Shown: positions 1 to 14,282, counted from the first letter of the stretch. The stretch: DNA of 64,000 nt from Octopus sinensis (GCF_006345805.1 NC_043017.1:24924001-24988000); one strand, 5' to 3'. Notes: a model not told the origin generated them from the letters alone. Numbers and translations: made by a program.

Positions 1-528
1 ACCAACATTGGTTGTCAAGCGATTGTAGGAGGGCAAACACAGACACAAACATATACATACATACACGATGGGCTTCTTTCAGTTTCTGTCTACCAAATCC
101 ACTCACAAGGCTATGGTCAGCCTGAGGCTATAGTAGAAGACACTTGCCCAAGGTGCCACCCAGAACCATGTGGTTGGTAAGCAAGCTATTTACCACACAG
201 CCACTACTGCACCTATAGGAGTGAACTTGTACTTTTCATTATTTGTTTTGCAGGGTGTACATTTAATATAATCATGTGGCCCTTGTGTGTCTTTCACATA
301 ACCTTATGGCCCCTAAGTGCTTTTAACAGTGTGCACATTCTTTTTTTGTCAGGGCAGGAGACCTAATTTGTTGGCTGATTTCATGCTATCAGCTGCGAGT
401 ATGGTTGTTGGTTAAGAAGTTTTCTTCTCAACCTCATGGTTTAGGATTTCTTCCTTCTGCTTAATAACTTAGGCAAGTGTCTTTTACTATGGCCTTGGGT
501 TGACCACTATGTAGAAGCTTGTCTAAGG

Positions 529-747
529 CAGTGCTTTTCAAACTTTTTGCTGGAGCGGAACTCCAAGGAAACATTCCACTGGCTCGAGGAACCCCTGTGC
601 AATAATTTAATAGTATTATGCACACATATCTGCACAGGAGAATTAAAAATTACTGCTGATTTTAGCAGTTTTGTAACTTCTTGCGGAACCCCAGGACTGT
701 ACTGGCGGAACCCTAAGGTTCCGTGGAACCCTGGTTGAAAACCACTG
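529..747. mobile_element. hAT (Charlie-like) MITE
   Basis: TIRs CAGTGCTTTTCAA / TTGAAAACCACTG; perfect 8-bp TSD GTCTAAGG at 521-528 and 748-755. Confidence 0.92.
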
Positions 748-3700
748 GTCTAAGGGAACGTTTTGTTTATGGGTAGTAGACTTTCTGTTGCTTGAGTTAA
801 CATCACTACATGGTTCTTGTGTACCTTTCATACATTCATATGACCCCGTGTGCCTTTAATACAACCATGTGGCCCTTGTGTATCTTTCATACAGCATTAT
901 GTCCCTTAAGTTCGTTTAGCAGCATGCACTTTATTGCAAGCATTCAGAACAGGTGTCTGAATTGAGCATAATTTCCTTTTTCATCTCTCACCAGTGCAAG
1001 AAGCCCTGGAAAGGTTATGGGTGTGGCTTTCTGTCTAAAATGTAATAATGCTATCTTCGTTAATTATACAGTACCTTTATGCAAATTGCAGCAGGAGACA
1101 GTACCACTCAACCTGTGGACTCTATTTGCAGCTGGTTATTATGTACGGACTGTTGAGTTAAGTCTGTTTGCAAGGGACACAAAGTATTGACAAAATACGA
1201 ACTGTTGATGCAATGGTTGTTAAAATTAGTCACGCTATTAATCCTCCAGCTTTGATATTGCTGTTAATGGAATAGGATCTTCTTGTACTTGATTCACCCC
1301 CATTATCTTGACTAGTTAGCCAACTTTATTTGTCAAAGCAGTATAAGAAGTACCTATGCAGCTGTCCAACCTTTTCAGTGTAGCAGTGAAATCATCCCCA
1401 TGGCAGTTTCCCCTCCCTCCACAAATAACTTCAGGATATAATTTGGGAGACCAGTTTTCAAATCTTAATTCTTATTGCATCATCTTCAGGAAATGTATTT
1501 GGTCCTCTGTAAATTATACTGAATTTTATTTCTTGTATCGTATAGGTTTCCTTTAAGCAAAGGTGACCAAAGTCACTCAAAAACTGCACAGAAAAAAAAA
1601 AGTGTACAAAAGAAAATTCCAAATGTTAACGATAAAATTTTCATAGTTCCGTCTATTTTACAATTCAAAATTAGTACATTGTCACCTTGTCATACTTTCA
1701 ACAGTTATGTCCTATGTTTCATCATCTTAATTGCCATGTCTCCAGTGTGTTTGAATAGATCTGATTACATATGTACATAATTAGCCGTTGGAATGTGCAA
1801 AAAGTCAAGGATATGCAACCTGTAGATGGATGCATAGAGGCATTACTGTAATACTGTCTTCCTTCATCAGGAGGGAAAACTGGCAGATGTGTATACACAG
1901 GGCTTCCATACAGTTTTTGCCTGCCAAATTCACTCAAGGGATTGATCAACTCAGGGTTATAGTAGAAAACACTTCTCCAAAATGCCTTACAGTGGGACTG
2001 AACCCGAGACCACATTATTGCTGAATAAGTGTCTTACCCACACAGCCATGCCTGCATCTGTATCCACAGCAATGTTGGCACATTAATTACATAGTTTCTA
2101 TTCTGCCAATGAATGCTAGCAGTATTGACCAGTTTAGAAACGGTTTTTTTTTGCACTCTATAATACCATAGCTTAAAATTATGATTGCTAGAGTCAAAGA
2201 TGTTAGATTCTTTCCCTATTCTTTTTTTTTTATAAAACAGTTATTTTAATTGGATTTTCGGGGCTGCTTTCTGTCTTTTTTTTTTTTTGCTTTGGTTTAT
2301 TTCTGTTATGCAAAATAAATTTTTATTTATCTCTTTTATCAATTTGTGCATGTGTGTGTGTGTGTGCATCTGTTGTTTTTCACTCTCTACTGAGATTGTT
2401 GGTGGTGGGTGGGCGGTGAGGAGAAAACAGATGGGTTTAACAAATGTAGCCCCTTGCCTCCTGGATAACTAAAAATAGTGATTCATTTGGCAGTTTGTGA
2501 GGTATAATTTGGGTAATAGCCTGTTCTGGCTATAAAATAGGGATTTTTGTAACCTTCAGACATGCACATTCTTACGTGTGCATACAGACACACACTGAAC
2601 TTTTGACCTTGCACTTGGTACTCCAACAGCTTCAAACCTGTCTCTGTGTTTTACAGCTGATTATTATTGCTGTTGTTGTTATGGTGGGGGGGCAATGGAT
2701 TGGAAGAATAATTAGAGCATTGAACAAAGCATTTTGCGATATTTCTTCCAGCTCTCCACATTCTAGTTTCAAATCTTGTCGAGGTCCACTTTTCCTTTCA
2801 TCCCCCTGGGTTTGATAAAATAAAGTACTGGGGTCGATATAATCAACTAACCCTCCTGCCACGTTGCCGGCATTGTGCCAACACATCACTATCATACAAG
2901 CAAGTGTCATTCAATTCAAATACTTATAAGGCTTTGGCCTCTTAGAAGGCTTTTGCAGAAGACACTTTACCCAAGGCATCATGCAGTGGGATTGAACTTG
3001 AAACTGTGTGGTTGGGAAGTTAGGCTTCTTACCACACGGCCATGCTTGCGCCTATGTTTCATTTGATTTTTGCTTTTGTTCATATTTACTGGGTCAGATA
3101 TATAAACAATGTGGGTGGTGGAAGAACTCATTGTTTGCAGTTGGGTGTGACATTAACTGCTGATGTAAGAGAGTCTGATCACGTGTCTGCATGTGTGTGT
3201 GTGTGTGTGTGTGTGTGGTGGTTGTGTGCTGATGTATGAAGTATTTATGGTTTTAGAAACTTATTAGCATGGAGAATCATTTCTTTGTCTAACATGTATT
3301 TTTTCTTTGCTGACTGGTGTTTATTTTATTTCCTTCCCCCCCCCCGTTCTTATTCATGTGACCTATTTATTTGCCATGTTACACTGAAGATACGATAGCA
3401 ACAGTTCTATTTTATGTATGTACACACACTCACACACACACACACACACACATACATATAGGAGCAGCTGTGGCTGTGTGGTAAGAAGCTTGCTTCCGAA
3501 CCACATGGCTCTGGGTCATTTTCACTGCGTGGTACCTTCTATAGCCCCGGGCTAACCAAAGTCTTGAGTGGATTTGTTTGATGGAAACTGAAAGAAGCCT
3601 GTTTTCTATATATATATATATATATATATATGCATTTGTGTTTGTCCCTCCACCATCGCTTGACAACTAATGTTGGTGTGTTTATGTCCCCATAACTTAG

Positions 3701-3841
3701 CAGTTTGGCAAAAAAGATTGTTGGAATAAGTACTAGACTTACAAAGAATAAGTCCAGGAGGCAATTTCTTTGACTAAAAGACGGTGCTCCAGCATGGCCA
3801 CAGTCAAAATGACAAACGAGTAAGAGTGTAAAAGTATGTAT

Positions 3842-4241
3842 ATAGGAGTGGCTGTGTGGTAAGTAGCTTGCTAACCAACCACATGGTTCCGGGTTCAGTC
3901 CCACTGCGTGGCATCTTGGGAAAGTGTCTTCTGCTATAGCCCCGGGCCGACCAATGCCTTGTGAGTGGATTTGGTAGACGGAAACTGAAAGAAGCCTGTC
4001 GTATATATGTGTATATATGTGTATGTGTGTGTGTGTGTTTGTCCCCGTAGCATTGCTTGACAACCGATGCTGGTGTGTTTACGTCCCCGTCACTTAGCGG
4101 TTCGGCAAATGAGACCGATAGAATAAGTACTGGGCTTACAAAGAATAAGTCCCGGGGTCGATTTGCTCGACTAAAAAGGCGGTGCTCCAGCATGGCCGCA
4201 GTCAAATGACTGAAACAAGTAAAAGAGTAAAAGAGTAAGAG
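3842..4241 (+). mobile_element. Family A tRNA-derived SINE, full-length young copy; middle member of a head-to-tail trimer (3458-4640)
   Basis: A box TGGCTGTGTGG, B box GGTTCAGTCCC, CORE-like CTTGGG(C/A)AAGTG, internal (TA/TG)n, LINE-like 3' stem-loop and (AAGAGTAA)n tail. About 20 further copies or fragments, e.g. 1-217, 7060-7206, 9195-9580, 11915-12270, 19507-19775, 35155-35572, 49522-49900. Confidence 0.9.
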
Positions 4242-4664
4242 TATATATATATATAGGCACAGATGTAGCTTTGTGGTAAGAAGCTTGTTTCTAAATTACA
4301 TGGTTCTGGGTTCAGTTTCACTGCATGGCACCTTGGCCAAATATCATCTACTGTAGCCTTGGGCCAACCAATGCCTTGTGATTGAATTTGGTAGATGGAA
4401 ACTGAAACAAGTGTGTCACATTCATGTGTGTGATTGTGTGTGTGTGTGTTAGTCCATCGCCACCACTTGACAACTGATGTTAGTGTGTTTACATCCCATT
4501 AACTTAGTTTGGCAAAAGAAACCGATAGGATAAGTGCCAGGCTTAAAAATAAAGATACTGGGGTAAATTCACTCCACTAAAAATTCTTTGAGACAGTGCT
4601 CTAGCATGCCACATTCTAATGACTAAAACATGTAAAAGATTACACATACATATATACATACATA

Positions 4665-4880
4665 CGTACATATGGATCATTGGCGATTTTTTTTTCCTCC
4701 ATCTTCCTTTTCTCTTGGACTTTCCTCTGTCTACTGTTCCTGAAGAAGAGCTTTGCTTGAAATGTAAAACTACCTTTCTTTCCTTCCCTGAGCATCTGCT
4801 AATACTTTGCATGTACCATGTCCTCATCTTGTTTTTTTCTTGTGTTTTCCTTTGTTTTTTTTTTTTTTTTGGATTAATTA
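4665..4880 (+). mobile_element. Family E repeat copy with a decayed hammerhead-like motif at 4735-4770
   Basis: CTGAAGAAGAGCTTTGCTTGAAATGTAAAAC, colinear with the 23170 copy; flanked by TA/CA repeats. Confidence 0.65.
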
Positions 4881-6203
4881 CACACACACACACACACTCA
4901 CACACATGCTATATTTTAAGGTATAAAAGACACATAGGCATATCGGATGCCTCCTAATTTCAGCAGCATATATTCAGGAAAAGTTTTTTACGCATTAAAG
5001 CTTAAGAGAGACCCAACTTCACATATAGGACTGGGGTAATGTTTTCCAAATTTTGGGAAAAATAGTGCATCTTATATGCAAATACCGTGTGTGTGTACGA
5101 AATTTGCTTTGCAACAATGTTTTTTGGGTTCACTCCCACTGCACAGCATCTACTATATCCCTGGGCTGACCAATATTTTGTGAGTGAAGAATTTGGTAGA
5201 GAGAAGCATTACAAAGCTTTTGTGTGTGTGAGTGAGAGAGAGATAATTTTAAAAAGAATGAAGAATTTATTAAAATAATTTTGTCATTATGAATCTATTG
5301 CTTAGAACATAAATTAATGTTTCTGTTCAGATGAATTTTGTACATAGAACCAGAAGAAGGTCTCAAATGGGCCGGTATTAAGAGGGTTAATAATCTGCTT
5401 ATTTCAGCCAAGAAATTTTCACTAACTGAAAACTAGTGCCACTCTAATTCTGTGGTTTATTGGCCAGTGGCTAGACACTGAGAATGACATCTTAGTTGGT
5501 GAAGCCCAATATATTTATAATAGTAAACACTACTAATTTGCAGAATCATTTAAATAGAGAATAATAGGAGTATTTTAAAACCAATCTCTCTCTCTCTCTC
5601 TCTTTTGATATATATATAATGTGATTGTTTGTACGTGTGTATGCACAGAGGCAGAACTGTCAATTTCTAAATATGAATGTTTGTGTGTCTGTATTTGCAT
5701 AGATACAGAAGCAGAACTGTCAATTTGTAAATGCCAGATTAAAATGAACTAGTAACGAACAAAGCAAAATGAAAATCTTTGGAATATTTTTGGAATAGTT
5801 CTGTGAAATCGTACAAGATTTTTCAATTTGTAGAGTGCAAGTGACCTACATAAGTGCCTGAGCATCGAAAAGACATCAGTTGATGTGAAGTGCGTTGATG
5901 CCGGAGATGCTGTTGTGCTGATGTGAGGCTGTGTGATACAAAAGGATGTTGCATGCTGGGTAAAAAAAAAAAAAAAAAAGAACAAAGTCCCTTATGTTGA
6001 CCTTAAAAAAAAAATTGAGGAGGCGATGGGAGGAAGTGATGTGTATGGATCTCATGTTGCTTGTACTTCACAGAAAAAGATGCTGCAGTAACAAAAAGTG
6101 TTGTGCAATACATCATACCAAAGAGCTTTCTAGTGCTTGTCAGAATGAGTAAAAAAAAACTTCCAAAAAACCACCCCCACAAAACATGAAACAATGATGA
6201 ATG

Positions 6204-6236
<33 letters not shown>

Positions 6237-6441
6237 CATCTTTTCCATGCCTTAATGGACTGAAGTGTATCTATTGAGGCAAAATTTTGTCGTGGTTGGA
6301 TACCCTTCCTGTCACCAATCCTTGCTTGATTCCAAGCAAGGTAATATTTCCCCATGGCCGGACATGTTTTTGCAGAATACTGGAAATGAATGATACTGCT
6401 TGTATGACAGTGATAGTAATTCACAAGTGTCACATGATAAT

Positions 6442-7058
6442 TGTGTGTGTGTATACATATGTGTGTATGTATGTATGTATGTATGTACACATACACGCAC
6501 ACATATATATATATATATATATGTGTGTGTGTATATATATATGTATATATGTGTATATATGTATATGTATATATGTGTATATGTATATATATATGTATGT
6601 GTATATGTATATATATATGTATGTGTATATGTATATATATATATGTATGTGTATATATGTATGTGTATATATATATGTGTATATATATATATGTGTATGT
6701 ATGTGTATATATGTATGTGTATATATATGTATGTGTATATATATATATGTGTATATATATGTGTGTGTATATATATATATATGTATGTATATATGTATAT
6801 ATATATGTATATGTGTGTGTATATATGTGTATATATATATGTATATGTGTGTGTATATATATATATATGTGTATATATATATATATATATGTATGTGTCT
6901 GTGTATATATATATATATGTATATGTATGTGTCTGTATATATATATATATATATGTATGTGTCTGTATATATATATATATATGTATATGTGTGTGTATAT
7001 ATATATGTATATGTGTGTGTATATATATATGTATATGTGTGTGTGTATGTATATATTT
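6442..7058. repeat. Compound (TA)/(TG) microsatellite
   Basis: Direct inspection; lies where the internal repeat of a minus-strand family A SINE would be. Confidence 0.95.
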
Positions 7059-7646
7059 ATGATGGGCTTCTTTCAGTTTCCATCTATCAAATCCACTCAG
7101 AAAGGTTTGTAAGACATTTGGCAAAGTACCACACAGTGGAACTGAACCTTGGACCATGTGGTTGAGAACTAAACTTCTTAACCACACAGCCACACTTGCA
7201 CCTATATCTATAACATTTTAGTTTTACTGGTCTGGCTCAAGTCCTACTTTATTGACTAAGGTGTACAGTTGACTGGATTGAACTTGTATTATTAATACTT
7301 TCTTTATTTATTGCCCGCTTGTGGTTGTTCTGGTTCTCTGTTAGTTCTGATGGTGGGTGTTCTAGTTGATGTATTTGATCAACACAACAGCCTGCTTGTG
7401 AAACTAATGTGTAGGTGGCTGAGTACTTCATAGACATCATCATCATGTTTACCTTAATGTAGTTCTCGGTGAGACCCAGCATGATACAAAATTTGGCAAG
7501 GCTGGTCGTTTTGAATTACAGGTAGAACTCATTTTGCTAGTTGAATGGACTGGAGCAGAGTGAAATAAAGAGTCTTGCTCAAAGGTACAATGCACGGCTG
7601 GGAATTGAACTCACGGCCTTATGATCCTGAGCCGAACACCCTAACC

Positions 7647-7871
7647 TATTTCTTTACTGCCCACAAGGGGCTACACACAGAGGGGACAAACAAGTGCAGA
7701 CAAACGGATTAAGTCGATTATATCGACCCCAGTGCATCACTGGTACTTATTTAATCGACCCCGAAAGGATGAAAGGCAAAGTCGACCTCGGCGGAATTTG
7801 AACTCAGAACGTAGCGGCAGACGAAATACCGCTTAGCATTTCGCCCGGCGTGCTAACGTTTCTGCCAGCTC
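7647..7871 (-). mobile_element. Family B SINE (tail type 1) with a 16-bp TSD, inserted in a family F SINE (~7370-7903)
   Basis: GCCGAACACCCTAACC at 7631-46 and 7872-87. Head GAGCTGGCAGAAACGTTAGC, B box GAGTTCAAATTC, central GCCTTTCATCCTTTCGGGGTCGAT. Other type 1 copies at 18515-18740, 24098-24510, 47910-48140, 50250-50470, 58738-58950. Confidence 0.92.
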
Positions 7872-8059
7872 GCCGAACACCCTAACCACTAAACCATGTG
7901 TCTTGAAGTTAGGAATGAAAATAAATGTTGTCAACAGTGGGAATTGAACCCAGATGAGTGAGGTATCGAACTAATTAGTAGAATGTATATCTAAGATATT
8001 TTATTCTATCTTCATCACTTCTCTTGTTTCAGCATTGGACAAAATATTTTGTGGCATAA

Positions 8060-8273
8060 AGGTGGTGAGCTGGTAAAACGTTAGCATGCTGGGTGAAATG
8101 CTTAGCAGTATTTCGTCTGTCTGTATGTTCTGAGTTCAAATTCCGCCGAGGTTGACTTTGCCTTTCATCCTTTCGAGGTCGATAAATTAATTACCAGTTG
8201 CCTACTGGAGTCGATCTAATCGACTGGCCCCCTCCCCCAAATATTTTGGGACTTGTGCCTAGAGTAGAAAAGA
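8060..8273 (+). mobile_element. Family B SINE (tail type 2)
   Basis: Same head and centre as type 1 but ends CCCTCCCCCAAA...CTTGTGCCTAGAGTAGAAAAGA. Others at 22215-22700, 38490-38716, 48700-48875, 60712-60920. Confidence 0.85.
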
Positions 8274-10721
8274 AAATATGTCATTTCTTCCAACCCTTTA
8301 GATTTGGAGTCAACTTTGCTTCATCCTCTTTGGGTCAATAAAATGACATACCAGTCATGTACTGGAGTCAATGGTTTCGACATAGCATCTTTCTTTCAAA
8401 ATTGCTAGTTTTGTCCCCGAATTATAAACCATTATTTGTTTTTGCATTGATTTAATTTTAGTTAATTAGAAATCTTTCTCTAGTAATAAATACTTGAGAA
8501 ATATGATAAAAGTAACTATTGTTACTGTTGCTAACGAGGATGATGATAATGTCATCGGCAACATCTGTTCAAATTAAAATTAACGAATCTTGAATCTTGT
8601 ACAGGATGCTTGTTACTAAAACAGGAAGTTGAATGGATTGTTTGGAGAATTACTCCATGATATTTTTTTATTTTTTCTTTCTTTTACGTTAAAGAAGGAT
8701 GCTATTTTTCAAGGAGTGTGAAGTCTTGCCTGGATGTATGTAATGTGAAAGTGGATGACGTGAGAAGCAAAACAAAATACATCATTATCTGCTGACTGAT
8801 GATGATGATGATAGCAAACACGAGGATGGTAATCCCATGCTGGTCATTCATAAAAAAAAAAAATTAAATGAAACTTGATGCCAGTTATTAAAAGGGATTT
8901 TACACGGAAGCTTTCTCACAAAAGTGATGGTAGACAACCATTTTAACTCTTGTAAAACCTGAAACATCTGTGTGGATAACGAACAGGCTTTTATAGATCG
9001 TGATTTTGAACTTGTAGTAGATGTTTCATTGTGTTTGCAGGTGAAACACTTTGTTCTGCATTTCATCCACTACACCTGGCTGTTGGTTACAGCTGCTACA
9101 ACATTTGGTTACCTGTGATTTGGTAACATAATGTTACCTGTGATTGATTGGTGTGCTAGTCAATGAGTGATTTCTCTCTCATGTTGAACTATATTGTAGT
9201 AAGAAGCGTGTTTCCCAACCACTTGGTTCTGGGTTCACTTCCATTGTGTGGCGCCTTGGGCAACTGTGTTCTACTATAGCCTTGGGCTGATCAAAGCCTT
9301 GTGAGTGGATTTGGTAGACAGAAACTGAAACAAGCCTGCTGTATATATATGTGTGTGTGTGTGTGTTTGTTCCTACATCACTGTTTGACAACTGGTGTTG
9401 GTGTGTTTGCGTCCCTGTAACTTAGCAGTTTGGCAAAATAGATAAAATAAGTACCACTTTAAAATAAGTACCACTTCTTAAAAAGAAAAAAAAAAGTAGT
9501 ATTGGGGTCGATTCATTCGTCTAAAATTTCCCCAGCCTGATCACAGTGTAGTGACTGAAACAAGTAAAAGATAAAAAGATTCTTATTTAGCTGGTATATG
9601 GAACAAAAATTAGCATGAAATCTTGATTGAAGGTTTTTTAATTAAGATAAATTTAAAACAGGGAGTTTGTATCATAGAAGTAGGGTAAGTTTTAGGTGGG
9701 TTGGTATCAGAAAAGTTAGTATCATGAAATTAGAGCTAAGCACCAACCCAGGAAATCTTCAAGTCTTAGGGGTCCTTTACACATCTGACTAAAGCTAAGT
9801 GACATAAAGTTTTATTTGATATGTTGAGGTTGGTCTACAAATGGTACGCATCAACCCATCTCAATTATGAATGTATGAAGTGAGATAAAACATTTGGTTT
9901 CTGATTCATTACGAGGAAGTAAGCAACTGACGAAATAATCTTGAGAGAAAATATTGAATATTAGTCAGACTTAATCAGTGTGTGTGCCAGAATGTCTTGA
10001 AGTAAAAATAATAACCATCTCTATGCAAAATGAGTATCCCCTGACTCCATTTCTCCACCTGTTTACCGTTCTCGGTAACTTGATCAAAGTAAAACAAATA
10101 ATTTCCACTTGACTTGACTGATGTAAATAAATGGCGATAGAGTAGATATAGCACACAGAAAAGAAAAGAAAATAATAAATTGGTAAAAATAATTTTTTTA
10201 AGCTTGATAGATTAGAAAGCAAAGATCATAGTGAGGTGTCTATAAGATGAACTACTGTGTAAATTATCCAATGTTTCAGATAATTTGTTAACAATTTTTC
10301 AGTCTATTAACTTCATCTTCAAAGATAAAATATTTTTTAATATTTACATCTTAAACTAAGTTTCATTTGCAGTTGTGCATTGGTTTCAACTGATTCATGT
10401 ATCCTATTCTTGGTTATGTATTAAGACACCTGAAAAATGATTGGTGATTAAACTGTATGTGAGGTGTGTGTAGAAAACTCACCAAGCCAAGAGAAATCAT
10501 AGTTGTGGCACCTAAAAAGCATTCATTACACTCTTGGAGTGGTTGATGATAGGAAGGACATCTAGCCATAGAAACCATGCCAAATCAGATTGGAATTTGA
10601 TGTAGCTCTCCAGCTTACCAGTTTGTCAAACTGTTTAACCCATGCCAGTATGGAAAGCAGACACTAAATGATGAAGAGGATATAAATATATATAATATCT
10701 ATCTATATATATATATTTCAA

Positions 10722-10890
10722 AATGTAACCACATGTGAATCGTTGGCGATTTTTTTCTGTCTTCCCTTCTATTAGACTTTCTTCTGTTTCTGAAGAAGAG
10801 CGTCTCTGCTCAAAATTTTAAACCATCTTTCCTTTCCTTTCCTGAGCATCTGCTAATACATTACATGTACCACGTCCTCATGTTGTTTAT
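10722..10890 (+). mobile_element. Family E repeat copy between (TA)n tracts; hammerhead-like motif degenerate
   Basis: CTGAAGAAGAGC...GCTCAAAA at 10790-10815; flanks match the other family E copies. Confidence 0.6.
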
Positions 10891-13009
10891 ATATATATAT
10901 ATATATATATATCAAGACTGGAGCCTGGTGCAGCCATCTGGTTCGCCAGCCCACAGTCAAACCGTCCAATCCATGCTAGCATGGAAAGCGGACGTTAAAC
11001 GATGATGATGATCAATGTTTATAGTTTCTTCTTTTGTATCAAAATAATGTGTATTATAAAAAATAATACAAGTCAGTGGTTTTTACTTTTAACTTGTAGT
11101 TCAATATTTCAGGTTTACGACCCTATCTTTAGGAAATCTTTAGAGATATGGCATTATGAGCTGATTTCTCTGTTCTGAAGTGTATGTATATTAAAGTTAG
11201 CAGTGCTAGAGTTGCCAGTCAGTTGTGTGTAGCTTGGTCCTGTTGTTAATATGTGGGTTGGACTTGCTAATTAAGATGGCTTCTTTATTCTCAGGTTTCC
11301 AATGTTTTGTTCTGTGGCTTCGTTGGAAACCTGTATGTCTTGGGTGTGTAGCATATATAAATAAAATTCTTTTAATGATGGAACACAAAAGCTGTAAATA
11401 ATAGCATGAAGAATATTCAGTTAAAAAAACCAAAAAAAAAACCCCCTTGGAGTGAAAAATGTTGAAGGCTACCCATGGGACACAAGCCTATATCTTCTCT
11501 GAACATGGCATGTTCTACCAGTATTTTTAAAACATCCCTTTGAATTTCTCCATCCACTTTGAAAGTGGAAGATGAGGCTTATAGTGTGCAGAGTTATACT
11601 CTGACTGGCTTCTATGCTATTAATGACATCATTTGCCATTCTTTGGAAATGGATTAATACCATGACTACCATTTTCGTTTCCCACTAAAGATTTTAGGCT
11701 TCACACTCACCTAGGACATTACTCCTGTCTATCCTTCCTCATTCAATAGGGTAGGTTCAAAGGGCAGTGGACAGCAGAAACTGTAGAGAAAATACCATTA
11801 AACATGCTAACTCACAATGTAACAACTTGACTGTTTGATCCTGCTTTTGTATGGCCACTCTTTATTCTGTTAGTTATTTACCTTCCATTCTTCTTTAGAG
11901 GGCAGTTTTAATTATTTTATCCTTTGTATCTTTTACTAGTTACAATCATAGGGCTGTGGCCATGCTGGAGCACTGCTTCGAAAAATTTAGTCAAACCCCC
12001 AGTACTTACATCTGTTTAAGTCTGGTACTTTTTATATTGGTCTCTTTTGCTGAACTGTTAAGTTACAGGAGTGTAAACAAACCATCACTGATTATTGAGT
12101 GGTGGTGGGACGACACACACACACATACATACACACACACACAACCAACTTTTCTGCCAATGAAATTCCCTCATTAGGCATTGGCAGCTCTGGGTGCTAT
12201 AGCAAAAGACATTTCTCCAAAGTGCTGTCACAGTGGGGTTGAACTGTGTGGTTGCAAATGCCTGCCTATATGACTCATTCTCTCCAACATCTAACAACTT
12301 TACCAATTGGCTGTTTGACCCTGCTTTTCATGATGTTGATAAGATCTACGAACCCACATTCTTTACTGTGTTGGTTATTTGCCTCAAGAGTTCCACAATT
12401 CTTTAGAGGACAGTTTTAATTACTTTGGCTGAAAACTTATATTCCCTACGTTTTTTTTAGCAGATACATACATACATACATATATGTGTGTGTGTATTTG
12501 TGTGTGCAATGACATATTTTGAGTTTGACTGTCCACCCTTTTTCTATTGTTTCATCACTGGAGACCCCCCCCTCCAGTGCCAAAACGTACTGTCTCCAAA
12601 ACAGGTTGTTTTGGCGACAGAATTTTTTAGCATTGTAGACACGGAGAGAGAGAGAGAGAGAGAGACATTACATACACGTATAGACATAACTAGATGCTTC
12701 ACATATAAATACAAACAGAATGTTAAATACGAGAGAGAAACATTAGAAGATATCCACCCTGCAATCAGTTCAAATAATACGTACCCTTGTGTTTTCTTTA
12801 ACATAATGAAACAAATTGAAGTGTCATGATTTCAACTATGGAAGGAAATCGATGACATAATTTAAATCATTAACATTATGTAACAAATTCAAGTGTTACG
12901 CTTTAAGCAGTGTCAACGATAGAAGGAGATCGATGACACAATCAAAGTAGTAAGACGATTTCAAATGTCCTGCTTTAAACAGTGTCAGCAATGGAATGAA
13001 ATCGATTAA

Positions 13010-13157
13010 CCTTTCTTTACTGTATTTATTTTGAGATTCTCTGTTTTTCTCTCAATTATTTTAAATATAACAAAGAATTTAGTAAAATAACTTAGTTATC
13101 ATTAATTTAGTGTTAGGAACATTAATTATGACTAAGGTTTGGTTAGTAACGAAAGGG
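13010..13157. mobile_element. Internally deleted P1 piggyBac-type MITE
   Basis: TTAA|CCTTTCTTTAC ... GTAACGAAAGGG|TTAA; body matches the 16590 and 62759 copies. Confidence 0.8.
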
Positions 13158-14035
13158 TTAAAGAAATTTGTAAAATGTGTGTATTTTCATGGCTCCTGTC
13201 AGTAAAAAATGGTATTCAGTAAAAACGTAAACTAAACAAAATTTTATTACATTCAATGTCACATGATCACGTGATAGACCAGACTGTCAGCTGTTGTTAC
13301 ACATCACTGGTCACAAAGCACTTTGCATTGATTTAACTTTCAAAGGGTACCACCCTGCTGGCTAGGCTAGCAGGCCAACATTCCATTGCAGATCATTCCA
13401 TCGCAGGTTATCCATTTACAGCTGTGTGGACTGGAGCAACGTGAAATGAAGTATTTTACTCCAGAACACAATGCCCCATCTGGTCCAGCGATTGAAACTC
13501 TGATCTGGCGATCATAAGTGCATCACCCCAACCACTAGGTCATGTGCTTTCACATTCAATGTATTTTTATAACAAGATTAAAGTGCAAATTCTAAAGCAG
13601 GAACACCCACCCCCTCTCTCTAGAAACAAATCATGGGAATTTGATATGATTTCATTCCAAGGAACCTCCATGTAAAATATATGATTATATGATTAAAATA
13701 TCAGAAATATTTGCTTGTTCTAGTGAATTTAGCATATTATATTTCTTGTTTGTAGGGTATTTGACTACCTCTGGCATTTGGAAAAATGTTTGTTAGTTTA
13801 ATTGATGTATGCTTATGTAACTAATTGTTGTAAATGTGTGAATTGAGCTGTTGAGTATTTTTTAAAATTAATATTACTCAATACCAACAAAACTAATGCA
13901 GAACAAATAATGTTTAATATTTACTGTTAGTTAAGGTGGCAAGCTGGCAGAATTGTTAACATGCCAGGCAAAATCTTAAGTTCTGAGTTCAAATTCCACC
14001 GGGTGTGACTTTGGCTTTCATCCTTTTTCATCCTT

Positions 14036-14282
14036 GTGAAAGGTAGGAGAGTCCAGTTTGCTGGACATTGTTGTAGAGCTGAAAAAGAGGTAATTTTTAC
14101 TCGTCTCCTCTGGAAGCCATCTACATGCAATACCAGAGGGCGCACACTCTCCTACCCTGATGTAATCTCCAGGGATACAGGCATCCAGCAACAGGACCTC
14201 CGTAATGCCATGATGGACCGTGAAGTCTGGCGTAGCATGGTAAATTCCATTGTCTCGACCACGGTCGAACAATGATGATGAT
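14036..14282 (+). mobile_element. RTE-clade LINE 3' fragment with (TGA)n tail, inserted into a SINE
   Basis: Translates KGRRVQFAGHCCRAEKEVIFTRLLWKP...SYPDVISRDTG...LRNAMMDREVWRSMV, the typical RTE ORF C-terminus. The stop codon runs directly into TGATGATGA. It splits a family-B SINE (13935-14380). Confidence 0.88.

Noticed and set aside
270-930. Degenerate ~29-bp repeats at 270-340 and 808-930
   Set aside because: Too diverged and short to interpret; likely an old minisatellite split by later insertions.
3539-4205. Recurrent ORFs with LLSVSVYQIHSQG / CHAVGLNP motifs that look like a gene family
   Set aside because: Antisense translations of family A SINE copies.
6287-7193. Long ORFs rich in Y/I/C/V/M or H/T (also near 28.3-28.9k, 38.8-39.7k, 42.3-42.9k, 51k, 56k, 63.6k)
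   Set aside because: Translations of TA/TG/CA microsatellites, which lack stop codons.
12830-13005. About two diverged ~75-85-bp tandem units
   Set aside because: No further structure or function supportable.
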